A DNA stretch of 64,000 nt, taken from assembly GCA_964016885.1 (NCBI GenBank), contig OZ024743.1, positions 209,870,001-209,934,000 on the forward strand, in the 5' to 3' direction. This document shows positions 27,680 to 42,300 of this stretch, in pieces. The notes under the pieces were generated by a model. That model ran no database searches. It had not been told where the DNA came from and saw only the letters and a program-made list of their open reading frames with translations. Numbering within the stretch: the first letter of the stretch is position 1; each line of letters begins with the position of its first letter. A program made the translations under genes and the position numbers. This DNA comes from Eledone cirrhosa (taxonomy: Eukaryota).

Positions 27680-30600
27680 AGCTCTTCACTCCATAAGACA
27701 TACCACAGTTTACCATCCTATAGCCACACATGAAAGCTCTTCACTCCATAAGATATACGACAGTTTACCATCCTATAGCCACACATGAAAGCTCTTCACT
27801 CCATAAGATATACCTCAGTTTACCATCCTATAGCCACAGATGAAAGCTCTTCACTCCATAAGATATACCACAGTTTACTATCCTATAGCCACACATGAGA
27901 GCTCTTCACTCCATAAGATTAACCACAGTTTACCATACTATGGCCACACATGAAAGCTCTTCACCCCATAAGATATACCACAGTTTACCATCCTATAGCC
28001 AGATGAAAGCTCTTCACTCCGTAAAATATACCACAGTTTTCCATCCTATAGCCAGAGATGAAAGCTGTTCACTCCATAAGATATACGACAGTTTACCATC
28101 CTATAGCCACAGATGAAAGCTGTTCACTCCATAAGATATACGACAGTTTACCATCCTATAGCCAGATGAAAGCTCTTCACTCCATAAGATATACCACAGA
28201 TTACCACCCTATAGCCACAGATGAAAGCTCTTCACTCCATGAGATATACCACAGTTTACCATCCTATAGCCACGCCACGGATGAAAGCTCTTCACTCCAT
28301 AAGATATACCACAGTTTACAATCCTATAGCCACAGATGAAAGCTCTTCACTCCATCAGATATACCACAGTTTACCATCCTATGGCCACAGATGAAAGCTC
28401 TTCACTGCATAAGATATACCACAGTTTACCATCCTAAAGCCACAGATAAAAGCTCTTCACTCCATAAGATATACCACAGTTTACCATCCTATAGCCACAG
28501 ATGAAAGCTGTTTACTCCATAAGATATACCACAGTTTACCATCCTATAGCCAGATGAAAGCTCTTCAGTCCATAAGATATACCACAGTTTACCATCCTAT
28601 AGCCACAGATGAAAGCTGTTCACTCCATAAGATATACCACAATTTACCATCCTATAGCCAGATGAAAGCTCTTCACTCCATAAGATATACCACAGTTTAC
28701 CATCCTAAAGCCACAGATGAAAGCTTTTCACTCCATAAGATATACCACAGTTTACCATCCTATAGCCACAGATGAAAGCTCTTCACTCCATAAGATATAC
28801 CACAGTTTACCATCCTATAGCCACAGATGAAACCTCTTCACTCCATAAGATATACCACAGTTTACCATCCTATAGCCACAGATGAAAGCTCTTCACTCCA
28901 TAAGATATACCACAGTTTACCATCCTATAGCCACAGATGAAAGCTCTTCACCCCATAAGATATACCACAGTTTACCATCCTATAGCCACACATGAAAGCT
29001 CTTCACTCCATAAGATATACCACAGTTTACCATCCGATAGCCACAGATGAAAGCTCTTCACCCCATAAGATATACCACAGTTTACCATCCAATAGCCACA
29101 GATGAAAGCTCTTCACCCCATAAGATATACCACAGTTTACCATCCTATAGCCACAGATGAAAGCTCTTCACCCCATAAGATATACCACAGTTTACCATCC
29201 TATAGCCACACATGAAATCTCTTCACTCCATAAGATATACCACAGTTTACTATCCTATAGCCACACATGAAAGCTCTTCACTCCATAAGATATACCTCAG
29301 TTTACCATCCTATAGCCACAGATGAAAGCTCTTCACTCCATAAGATATACCACAGTTTACCATCCTATAGTCACACATGAAAGCTCTTCACTCCATAAGA
29401 TATAACACAGTTTACCATCCTATAGCCAGATGAAAGCTCTTCACTCCATAAAATATACCACAATTTACCATCCTATAGCCACAGATGAAAGCTCTTCACT
29501 CCATAAGATATACCACAGTTTACCATCCTATAGCCACAGATGAAAGCTGTTTACTCCATAAGATATACCACAGTTTACCATCCTATAGCCAGATGAAAGC
29601 TCTTCACTCCATAAGATATACCACAATTTACCATCCTATAGCCACAGATGAAAGCTGTTCACTTCATAAGATATACCACAATTTACCATCCTATAGCCAC
29701 AGATGAAAGCTCTTCACTCCATAAGATACACCACAGTTTACCATCCTAAAGCCACAGATGAAGGCTCTTCACTCCATAAGATATACCACAGTTTACCATC
29801 CTATAGCCACAGATGAAAGCTCTTCACTCCATAAGATATAACACAGTTTACCATCCTATAGCCACAGATGAAAGCTCTTCACTCCATAAGATATACCACA
29901 GTTTACCATCCTATAGCCACAGATGAAAGCTCTTCACCCCATAAGATATACCACAGTTTACCATCCTATAGCCACAGATGAAAGCTCTTCACCCCATAAG
30001 ATATACCACAGTTTACCATCCTATAGCCACACATGAAAGCTCTTCACTCCATAAGACATACCACAGTTTACCATCCTATAGCCACACATGAAAGCTCTTC
30101 ACTCCATAAGATATACCACAGTTTACCATCCTATAGCCAGATGAAAGCTCTTCACTCCATAAGATATACGACAGTTTACCATCCTATAGCCACACATGAA
30201 ATCTCTTCACTCCATAAGATATACCACAGTTTACCATCCTATAGCCACACATGAAAGCTCTTCACTCCATAAGATATACCTCAGTTTACCATCCTATAGC
30301 CACAGATAAAAGCTCTTCACTCCATAAGATATACCACAGTTTACTATCCTATAGCCACACATGAGAGCTCTTCACTCCATAAGATTAACCACAGTTTACC
30401 ATACTATGGCCACACATGAAAGCTCTTCACCCCATAAGATATACCACAGTTTACCATCCTATAGCCAGATGAAAGCTCTTCACTCCGTAAAATATACCAC
30501 AGTTTTCCATCCTATAGCCAGAGATGAAAGCTGTTCACTCCATAAGATATACGACAGTTTACCATCCTATAGCCACAGATGAAAGCTGTTCACTCCATAA

Positions 30601-32510
30601 GATATACGACAGTTTACCATCCTATAGCCAGATGAAAGCTCTTCACTCCATAAGATATACCACAGATTACCACCCTATAGCCACAGATGAAAGCTCTTCA
30701 CTCCATGAGATATACCACAGTTTACCATCCTATAGCCACGCCACGGATGAAAGCTCTTCACTCCATAAGATATACCACAGTTTACAATCCTATAGCCACA
30801 GATGAAAGCTCTTCACTCCATCAGATATACCACAGTTTACCATCCTATGGCCACAGATGAAAGCTCTTCACTGCATAAGATATACCACAGTTTACCATCC
30901 TAAAGCCACAGATAAAAGCTCTTCACTCCATAAGATATACCACAGTTTACCATCCTATAGCCACAGATGAAAGCTGTTTACTCCATAAGATATACCACAG
31001 TTTACCATCCTATAGCCAGATGAAAGCTCTTCAGTCCATAAGATATACCACAGTTTACCATCCTATAGCCACAGATGAAAGCTGTTCACTCCATAAGATA
31101 TACCACAATTTACCATCCTATAGCCAGATGAAAGCTCTTCACTCCATAAGATATACCACAGTTTACCATCCTAAAGCCACAGATGAAAGCTTTTCACTCC
31201 ATAAGATATACCACAGTTTACCATCCTATAGCCACAGATGAAAGCTCTTCACTCCATAAGATATACCACAGTTTACCATCCTATAGCCACAGATGAAACC
31301 TCTTCACTCCATAAGATATACCACAGTTTACCATCCTATAGCCACAGATGAAAGCTCTTCACTCCATAAGATATACCACAGTTTACCATCCTATAGCCAC
31401 AGATGAAAGCTCTTCACCCCATAAGATATACCACAGTTTACCATCCTATAGCCACACATGAAAGCTCTTCACTCCATAAGATATACCACAGTTTACCATC
31501 CGATAGCCACAGATGAAAGCTCTTCACCCCATAAGATATACCACAGTTTACCATCCAATAGCCACAGATGAAAGCTCTTCACCCCATAAGATATACCACA
31601 GTTTACCATCCTATAGCCACAGATGAAAGCTCTTCACCCCATAAGATATACCACAGTTTACCATCCTATAGCCACACATGAAATCTCTTCACTCCATAAG
31701 ATATACCACAGTTTACTATCCTATAGCCACACATGAAAGCTCTTCACTCCATAAGATATACCTCAGTTTACCATCCTATAGCCACAGATGAAAGCTCTTC
31801 ACTCCATAAGATATACCACAGTTTACCATCCTATAGTCACACATGAAAGCTCTTCACTCCATAAGATATAACACAGTTTACCATCCTATAGCCAGATGAA
31901 AGCTCTTCACTCCATAAAATATACCACAATTTACCATCCTATAGCCACAGATGAAAGCTCTTCACTCCATAAGATATACCACAGTTTACCATCCTATAGC
32001 CACAGATGAAAGCTGTTTACTCCATAAGATATACCACAGTTTACCATCCTATAGCCAGATGAAAGCTCTTCACTCCATAAGATATACCACAATTTACCAT
32101 CCTATAGCCACAGATGAAAGCTGTTCACTTCATAAGATATACCACAATTTACCATCCTATAGCCACAGATGAAAGCTCTTCACTCCATAAGATACACCAC
32201 AGTTTACCATCCTAAAGCCACAGATGAAGGCTCTTCACTCCATAAGATATACCACAGTTTACCATCCTATAGCCACAGATGAAAGCTCTTCACTCCATAA
32301 GATATAACACAGTTTACCATCCTATAGCCACAGATGAAAGCTCTTCACTCCATAAGATATACCACAGTTTACCATCCTATAGCCACAGATGAAAGCTCTT
32401 CACCCCATAAGATATACCACAGTTTACCATCCTATAGCCACAGATGAAAGCTCTTCACCCCATAAGATATACCACAGTTTACCATCCTATAGCCACACAT
32501 GAAAGCTCTT
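27680..32510 (+). repeat. 2466-bp (45-monomer) tandem duplication
   Basis: Offset 2466 holds for 27895/30361, 28058/30524, 28554/31020 and 29485/31951. Shared variants are CATACTATGG, GTTTTCCAT, CTGCAT, AAACCTCT, GAAGGCTC and GATACACC. The first copy lacks 108 bp near its start (AAGACATA at 27699 vs 30057). Confidence 0.93.
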
Positions 32511-33379
32511 CACTCCATAAGATATACCACAGTTTACCATCCTATAGCCACACATGAAAGCTCTTCACGCCATAAGATATACCACAGTTTACCATCCTAT
32601 AGCCACACATGAAAGCTCTTCACCCCATAAGATATACCACAGTTTACCATCCTATTGCCACACATTAAAGCTCTTCACTCCATAAGATATACCACAGTTT
32701 ACCATCCTATAGCCACACATGAAAGCTCTTCACTCCATAAGATATACCACAGTTTACCATCCTATAGCCAGATGAAAGCTCTTCACTCCATAAGATATAC
32801 GACAGTTTACCATCCTATAGCCACACATGAAATCTCTTCACTCCATAAGATATACCACAGTTTACCATCCTATAGCCACACATGAAAGCTCTTCACTCCA
32901 TAAGATATACCTCAGTTTACCATCCTATAGCCACAGATGAAAGCTCTTCGCTCCATAAGATATACCACTGTTTACTATCCTATAGCCACACATGAGAGCT
33001 CTTCACTCCATAAGATTAACCACAGTTTACCATCCTATGGCCACACATGAAAGCTCTTCACCCCATAAGATATACCACAGGTTACCATCCTATAGCCAGA
33101 TGAAAGCTCTTCACTCCGTAAAATATACCACAGTTTACCATCCTATAGCCACACATGAAAGCTCTTCACTCCATAAGATATACCACAGTTTACCATCCTA
33201 TAGCCAGAGATGAAAGCTGTTCACTCCATAAGATATACGACAGTTTACCATCCTATAGCCACAGATGAAAGCTGTTCACTCCATAAGATATACGACAGTT
33301 TACCATCCTATAGCCAGATGAAAGCTCTTCACTCCATAAGATATACCACAGATTACCACCCTATAGCCACAGATGAAAG

Positions 33380-36300
33380 CTCTTCACTCTATGAGATATA
33401 CCACAGTTTACCATCCTATAGCCACGCCACGGATGAAAGCTCTTCACTCCATAAGATATACCACAGTTTACAATCCTATAGCCACAGGTGAAAGCTCTTC
33501 ACTCCATAAGATATACCACAGTTTACCATCCTATGGCCACAGATGAAAGCTCTTCACTCCATAAGATATACCACAGTTTACCATCCTATAGCCACAGATG
33601 AAAGCTCTTCACTCCATAAGATATACCAAAGTTTACCATCCTATAGCCACACATGAAAGCTCTTCATTCCATAAGATATACCACAGTTTACCATCCTATA
33701 GTCAAGCCACGGATGAAAGCTCTTCACTCCATAAGATATACCACAGTTTACCATCCTATAGTCACACATGGAAGCTCTTCACTCCATAAGATATAACACA
33801 GTTTACCATCCTATAGCCACAGATGAAAGCTGTTCACTCCATAAGATATACGACAGTTTACCATCCTATAGCCAGATGAAAGCTCTTCACTCCATAAGAT
33901 ATACCACGGATTACCACCCTATAGCCACAGATGAAAGCTCTTCACTCCATGAGATATACCTCAGTTTACCATCCTATAGCCACAGATGAAAGCTCTTCAC
34001 TCCATAAGATATACCACAGTTTACTATCCTATAGCCACACATGAGAGCTCTTCCCTCCATAAGATATACCACAGTTTACCATCCTATAGCCACACATGAA
34101 AGCTCTTCACCCCATAAGATATACCACAGTTTAACATCCTATAGCCAGATGAAAGCTCTTCACTCCGTAAAATATACCACAGTTTACCATCCTATAGCCA
34201 CACATGAAAGCTCTTCACTCCATAAGATATACCACAGTTTACCATCCTATAGCCAGAGATGAAAGCTCTTCACTCCATAAGATATACCACAGATTACCAC
34301 CCTATAGCCACAGATGAAAGCTCTTCACTCCATGAGATATACCACAGTTTACCATCCTATAGCCACGCCACGGATGAAAGCTCTTCACTCCATAAGATAT
34401 ACCACAGTTTACAATCCTATAGCCACAGATGAAAGCTCTTCACTCCATAAGATATACCACAGTTTAACATCCTATGGCCACAGATGAAAGCTCTTCACTC
34501 CATAAGATATACCACAGTTTACCATCCTATAGCCACAGATGAAAGCTCTTCACTCCATAAGATATACCACAGTTTACCATCCTATAGCGACACATGAAAG
34601 CTCTTCACTCCATAAGATATACCACAGTTTACCATCCTATAGTCAAGCCACGGATGAAAGCTCTTCACTCCATAAGATATACCACAGTTTACCATCCTAT
34701 AGTCACACATGAAAGCTCTTCACTCCATAAGATATAACACAGTTTACCATCCTATAGCCAGATGAAAGCTCTTCACTCCATAAGATATACCACAGTTTAC
34801 CATCCTATAGCCACAGATGAAAGCTCTTCACTCCATAAGATATACCACAGTTTACCATCCTATAGCCACAGATGAAAGCTGTTTACTCCATAAGATATAC
34901 CACAGTTTACCATCCTATAGCCAGATGAAAGCTCTTCACTCCATAAGATATACCACAATTTACCATCCTATAGCCACAGATGAAAGCTGTTAACTCCATA
35001 AGATATACTACAATTTACCATCCTATAGCCAGATGAAAGCTCTTCACTCCATAAGATATACCACAGTTTACCATCCTAAAGCCACAGATGAAAGTTCTTC
35101 ACTCGATAAGATATACCACAGTTTACCATCCTATAGCCACAGATGAAAGCTCTTCACTCCATGAGATATACCACAGTTTACCATCCTATAGCCACAGATG
35201 AAAGCTCTTCACTCCATAAGATATACCACAGTTTACCATCCTATAGCCACAGCTGAAAGCTCTTCACCCCATAAGATATACCACAGTTTACCATCCTATA
35301 GCCACACATGAAAGCTCTTCACTCCATAAGATATACCACATTTTACCATCCTATAGCCACACATGAAAGCTCTTCACTCCATAAGATATACCACAGTTTA
35401 CCATCCTATAGCCACACATGAAAGCTCTTCACGCCATAAGATATACCACAGTTTACCATCCTATAGCCACACATGAAAGCTCTTCACCCCATAAGATATA
35501 CCACAGTTTACCATCCTATTGCCACACATTAAAGCTCTTCACTCCATAAGATATACCACAGTTTACCATCCTATAGCCAGATGAAAGCTCTTCACTCCAT
35601 AAGATATACGGCAGTTTACCATCCTATAGCCACACATGAAATCTCTTCACTCCATAAGATATACCACAGTTTACCATCCTATAGCCACACATGAAAGCTC
35701 TTCACTCCATAAGATATACCTCAGTTTACCATCCTATAGCCACAGATGAAAGCTCTTCACTCCATAAGATATACCACAGTTTACTATCCTATAGCCACAC
35801 ATGAGAGCTCTTCACTCCATAAGATTAACCACAGTTTACCATCCTATAGCCACAGATGAAAGCTTTTCACTCCATAAGATATACCACAGTTTACCATCCT
35901 ATAGCCAGATGAAAGCTCTTCACTCCATAAGATATACCACAGATTACCACCCTATAGCCACAGATGAAAGCTCTTCACTCCATGAGATATACCACAGTTT
36001 ACCATCCTATAGCCACGCCACGGATGAAAGCTCTTCACTCCATAAGATATACCACAGTTTACAATCCTATAGCCACAGATGAAAGCTCTTCACTCCATAA
36101 GATATACCACAGTTTACCATCCTATGGCCACAGATGAAAGCTCTTCACTCCATAAGATATACCACAGTTTACCATCCTATAGCCACAGATGAAAGCTCTT
36201 CACTCCATAAGATATACCACAGTTTACCATCCTATAGTCACACATGAAAGCTCTTCATTCCATAATATATACCACAGTTTACCATCCTATAGTCAAGCCA

Positions 36301-39300
36301 CGGATGAAAGCTCTTCACTCCATAAGATATACCACAGTTTACCATCCTATAGTCACACATGAAAGCTCTTCACTCCATAAGATATAACACAGTTTACCAT
36401 CCTATAGCCACAGATGAAAGCTGTTCACTCCATAAGATATACGACAGTTTACCATCCTATAGCCAGATGAAAGCTCTTCACTCCATAAGATATACCACAG
36501 ATTACCACCCTATAGCCACAGATGAAAGCTCTTCACTCCATGAGATATACCACAGTTTACCATCCTATAGCCACGCCACGGATGAAAGCTCTTCACTCCA
36601 TAAGATATACCACAGTTTACAATCCTATAGCCACAGATGAAAGCTCTTCACTCCATATGATATACCACAGTTTACCATCCTATGGCCACAGATGAAAGCT
36701 CTTCACTCCATAAGATATACCACAGTTTACCATCCTATAGCCACAGATGAAAGCTCTTCACTCCATAAGATATACCACAGTTTACGATCCTATAGCCACA
36801 CATGAAAGCTCTTCACTCCATAAGATATACCACAGTTTACCATCCTATAGTCAAGCCACGGATGAAAGCTCTTCACTCCATAAGATATACCACAGTTTAC
36901 CATCCTATAGCCAGATGAAAGCTCTTCACTCCATAAGATATACCACAGTTTACCATCCTATAGCCACAGATGAAAGCTCTTCACTCCATAAGATATAACA
37001 CAGTTTACCATCCTATAGCCAGATGAAAGCTCTTCACTCCATAAGATATACCACAGTTTACCATCCTATAGCCACAGATGAAAGCTCTTCACTCCATAAG
37101 ATATACCACAGTTTACCATCCTATAGCCACAGATGAAAGCTCTTCACTCTATAAGATATACCACAGTTTACCATCCTATAGCCACAGATGAAAGCTGTTT
37201 ACTCCATAAGATATACCACAGTTTACCATCCTATAGCCAGATGAAAGCTCTTCACTCCATAAGATATTCCACAATTTACCATCCTATAGCCACAGATGAA
37301 AGCTGTTCACTCCATAAGATATACCACAGTTTACCATCCTATAGCCAGATGAAAGCTCTTCACTCCATAAGATATACCAGAGTTTACCATCCTAAAGCCA
37401 GAGATGAAAGCTCTTCACTCCATAAGATATACCACAGTTTACCATCCTATAGCCACAGATGAAAGCTCTTCACTCCATAAGATATACCACAGTTTACCAT
37501 CATATAGCCACAGATGAAAGCTCTTCACCCCATAAGATATACCACAGTTTACCATCCTATAGCCACAGATGAAAGCTCTTCACCCCATAAGATATACCAC
37601 AGTTTACCATCCTATAGCCACACATGAAAGCTCTTCACTCCATAAGATATACCACATTTTACCATCCTATAGCCACACATGAAAGCTCTTCACTCCATAA
37701 GATATACCACAGTTTACCATCCTATTGCCACACATTAAAGCTCTTCACTCCATAAGATATACCACAGTTTACCATCCTATAGCCACACATGAAAGCTCTT
37801 CACTCCATAAGATATACCACAGTTTACCATCCTATAGCCAGATGAAAGCTCTTCACTCCATAAGATATACGACAGTTTACCATCCTATAGCCACACATGA
37901 AATCTCTTCACTCCATAAGATATACCACAGTTTACCATCCTATAGCCACACATGAAAGCTCTTCACTCCATAAGATATACCTCAGTTTACCATCCTATAG
38001 CCACAGATGAAAGCTCTTCACTCCATAAGATATACCACAGTTTACTATCCTATAGCCACACATGAGAGCTCTTCACTCCATAAGATTAACCACAGTTTAC
38101 CATCCTATGGCCACACATGAAAGCTCTTCACCCCATAAGATATACCACAGTTTACCATCCTATAGCCACATGAAAGCTCTTCACTCCGTAAAATATACCA
38201 CAGTTTACCATCCTATAGCCACACATGAAAGCTCTTCACTCCATAAGATATACCACAGTTTACCATCCTATAGCCAGAGATGAAAGCTGTTCACTCCATA
38301 AGATATACGACAGTTTACCATCCTATAGCCACAGATGAAAGCTGTTCACTCCATAAGATATACGACAGTTTAGCATCCTATAGCCACACATGAAATCTCT
38401 TCACTCCATAAGATATACCACAGTTTACCATCCTATAGCCACACATGAAAGCTCTTCACTCCATAAGATATACCTCAGTTTACCATCCTATAGCCACAGA
38501 TGAAAGCTCTTCACTCCATAAGATATACCACAGTTTACTATCCTATAGCCACACATGAGAGCTCTTCACTCCATAAGATTAACCACAGTTTACCATCCTA
38601 TGGCCACACATGAAAGCTCTTCACCCCATAAGATATAGCACAGTTTACCATCCTATAGCCAGATGAAAGCTCTTCACTCCGTAAAATATACCACAGTTTA
38701 CCATCCTATAGCCACACATGAAAGCTCTTCACTCCATAAGATATACCACAGTTTACCATCCTATAGCCAGAGATGAAAGCTGTTCACTCCATAAGATATA
38801 CGACAGTTTACCATCCTATAGCCACAGATGAAAGCTGTTCACTCCATAAGAGATACGACAGTTTACCATCCTATAGCCAGATGAAAGCTCTTCACTCCAT
38901 AAGATATACCACAGATTACCACCCGATAGCCACAGATGAAAGCTCTTCACTCCATGAGATATAGCACAGTTTACCATCCTATAGCCACGCCACAGATGAA
39001 AGCTCTTCACTCCATAAGATATACCACAGTTTACAATCCTATAGCCACAGATGAAAGCTCTTCACTCCATAAGATACACCACAGTTTACCATCCTATGGC
39101 CACAGATGAAAGCTCTTCACTCCATAAGATATACCACAGTTTACCATCCTATAGCCACAGATGAAAGCTCTTCACTCCATAAGATATACCACAGTTTACC
39201 ATCCTATAGCCACACATGAAAGCTCTTCATTCCATAAGATGTACCACAGTTTACCATCCTATAGTCAAGCCATGGATGAAAGCTCTTCACTCCATAAGAT

Positions 39301-42300
39301 ATACCACAGTTTACCATCCTATAGTCACACATGAAAGCTCTTCACTCCATAAGATATAACACAGTTTACCATCCTATAGCCACAGATGAAAGCTGTTCAC
39401 TCCATAAGATATACGACAGTTTACCATCCTATAGCCAGATGAAAGCTCTTCACTCCATAAGATATACCACAGATTACCACCCTATAGCCACAGATGAAAG
39501 CTCTTCACTCCATGAGATATATCACAGTTTACCATCCTATAGCCACGCCACGGATGAAAGCTCTTCACTCCATAAGATATACCACAGTTTACAATCCTAT
39601 AGCCACAGATGAAAGCTCTTCACTCCATAAGATATACCACAGTTTACCATCCTATGGCCACAGATGAAAGCTCTTCACTCCATAAGATATACCACAGTTT
39701 ACCATCCTATAGCCACAGATGAAAGCTCTTCACTCCATAAGATATACAGCAGTTTACGATCCTATAGCCACACATGAAAGCTCTTCACTCCATAAGATAT
39801 ACCACAGTTTACCATCCTATAGTCAAGCCACGGACGAAAGCTCTTCACTCCATAAGATATACCACAGATTACCATCCTATAGTCACACATGAAAGCTCTT
39901 CACTCCATAAGATATAACACAGTTTACCATCCTATAGCCAGATGAAAGCTCTTCACTCCATAAGATATACCACAGTTTACCATCCTATAGCCACAGATGA
40001 AAGCTCTTCACTCCATAAGATATACCACAGTTTACCATCCTATAGCCACAGATGAAAGCTCTTCACTCTATAAGATATACCACAGTTTACCATCCTATAG
40101 CCACAGATGAAAGCTGTTTACTCCATAAGATATACCACAGTTTACCATCCTATAGCCAGATGAAAGCTCTTCACTCCATAAGATATTCCACAATTTACCA
40201 TCCTATAGCCACAGATGAAAGCTGTTCACTCCATAAGATATACCACAGTTTACCATCCTATAGCCACAGATGAAAGCTCTTCACTCCATAAGATATACCA
40301 CAGTTTACCATCCTATAGCCACAGATGAAAGCTCTTCACCCCATTAGATATACCACAGTTTACCATCCTATAGCCACACATGAAAGCTCTTCACTCCATA
40401 AGATATACCTCAGTTTACCATCCTATAGACACAGATGAAAGCTCTTCACTCCATAAGATATACCACAGTTTAATATCCTATAGCCACACATGAGAGCTCT
40501 TCACTCCATAAGATTAACCACAGTTTACCATCCTATGGCCACACATGAAAGCTCTTCACCCCATAAGATATACCACAGTTTACCATCCTATAGCCAGATG
40601 AAAGCTCTTCACTCCGTAAAATATACCACAGTTTACCATCCTATAGCCACACATGAAAGCTCTTCACTCCATAAGATATACCACAGTTTACCATCCTATA
40701 GCCAGAGATGAAAGCTGTTCACTCTATGAGATATACCACAGTTTACCATCCTATAGCCACGCCACGGATGAAAGCTCTTCACTCCATAAGATATACCACA
40801 GTTTACCATCCTATAGCCACAGATGAAAGCTCTTCACTCCATAAGATATACCAAAGTTTACCATCCTATAGCCACACATGAAAGCTCTTCATTCCATAAG
40901 ATATACCACAGTTTACCATCCTATAGTCAAGCCACGGATGAAAGCTCTTCACTCCATAAGATATACCACAGTTTACCATCCTATAGTCACACATGGAAGC
41001 TCTTCACTCCATAAGATATAACACAGTTTACCATCCTATAGCCACAGATGAAAGCTGTTCACTCCATAAGATATACGACAGTTTACCATCCTATAGCCAG
41101 ATGAAAGCTCTTCACTCCATAAGATATACCACGGATTACCACCCTATAGCCACAGATGAAAGCTCTTCACTCCATGAGATATACCTCAGTTTACCATCCT
41201 ATAGCCACAGATGAAAGCTCTTCACTCCATAAGATATACCACAGTTTACTATCCTATAGCCACACATGAGAGCTCTTCCCTCCATAAGATATACCACAGT
41301 TTACCATCCTATAGCCACACATGAAAGCTCTTCACCCCATAAGATATACCACAGTTTAACATCCTATAGCCAGATGAAAGCTCTTCACTCCGTAAAATAT
41401 ACCACAGTTTACCATCCTATAGCCACACATGAAAGCTCTTCACTCCATAAGATATACCACAGTTTACCATCCTATAGCCAGAGATGAAAGCTCTTCACTC
41501 CATAAGATATACCACAGATTACCACCCTATAGCCACAGATGAAAGCTCTTCACTCCATGAGATATACCACAGTTTACCATCCTATAGCCACGCCACGGAT
41601 GAAAGCTCTTCACTCCATAAGATATACCACAGTTTACAATCCTATAGCCACAGATGAAAGCTCTTCACTCCATAAGATATACCACAGTTTAACATCCTAT
41701 GGCCACAGATGAAAGCTCTTCACTCCATAAGATATACCACAGTTTACCATCCTATAGCCACAGATGAAAGCTCTTCACTCCATAAGATATACCACAGTTT
41801 ACCATCCTATAGCGACACATGAAAGCTCTTCACTCCATAAGATATACCACAGTTTACCATCCTATAGTCAAGCCACGGATGAAAGCTCTTCACTCCATAA
41901 GATATACCACAGTTTACCATCCTATAGTCACACATGAAAGCTCTTCACTCCATAAGATATAACACAGTTTACCATCCTATAGCCAGATGAAAGCTCTTCA
42001 CTCCATAAGATATACCACAGTTTACCATCCTATAGCCACAGATGAAAGCTCTTCACTCCATAAGATATACCACAGTTTACCATCCTATAGCCACAGATGA
42101 AAGCTGTTTACTCCATAAGATATACCACAGTTTACCATCCTATAGCCAGATGAAAGCTCTTCACTCCATAAGATATACCACAATTTACCATCCTATAGCC
42201 ACAGATGAAAGCTGTTAACTCCATAAGATATACCACAATTTACCATCCTATAGCCAGATGAAAGCTCTTCACTCCATAAGATATACCACAGTTTACCATC

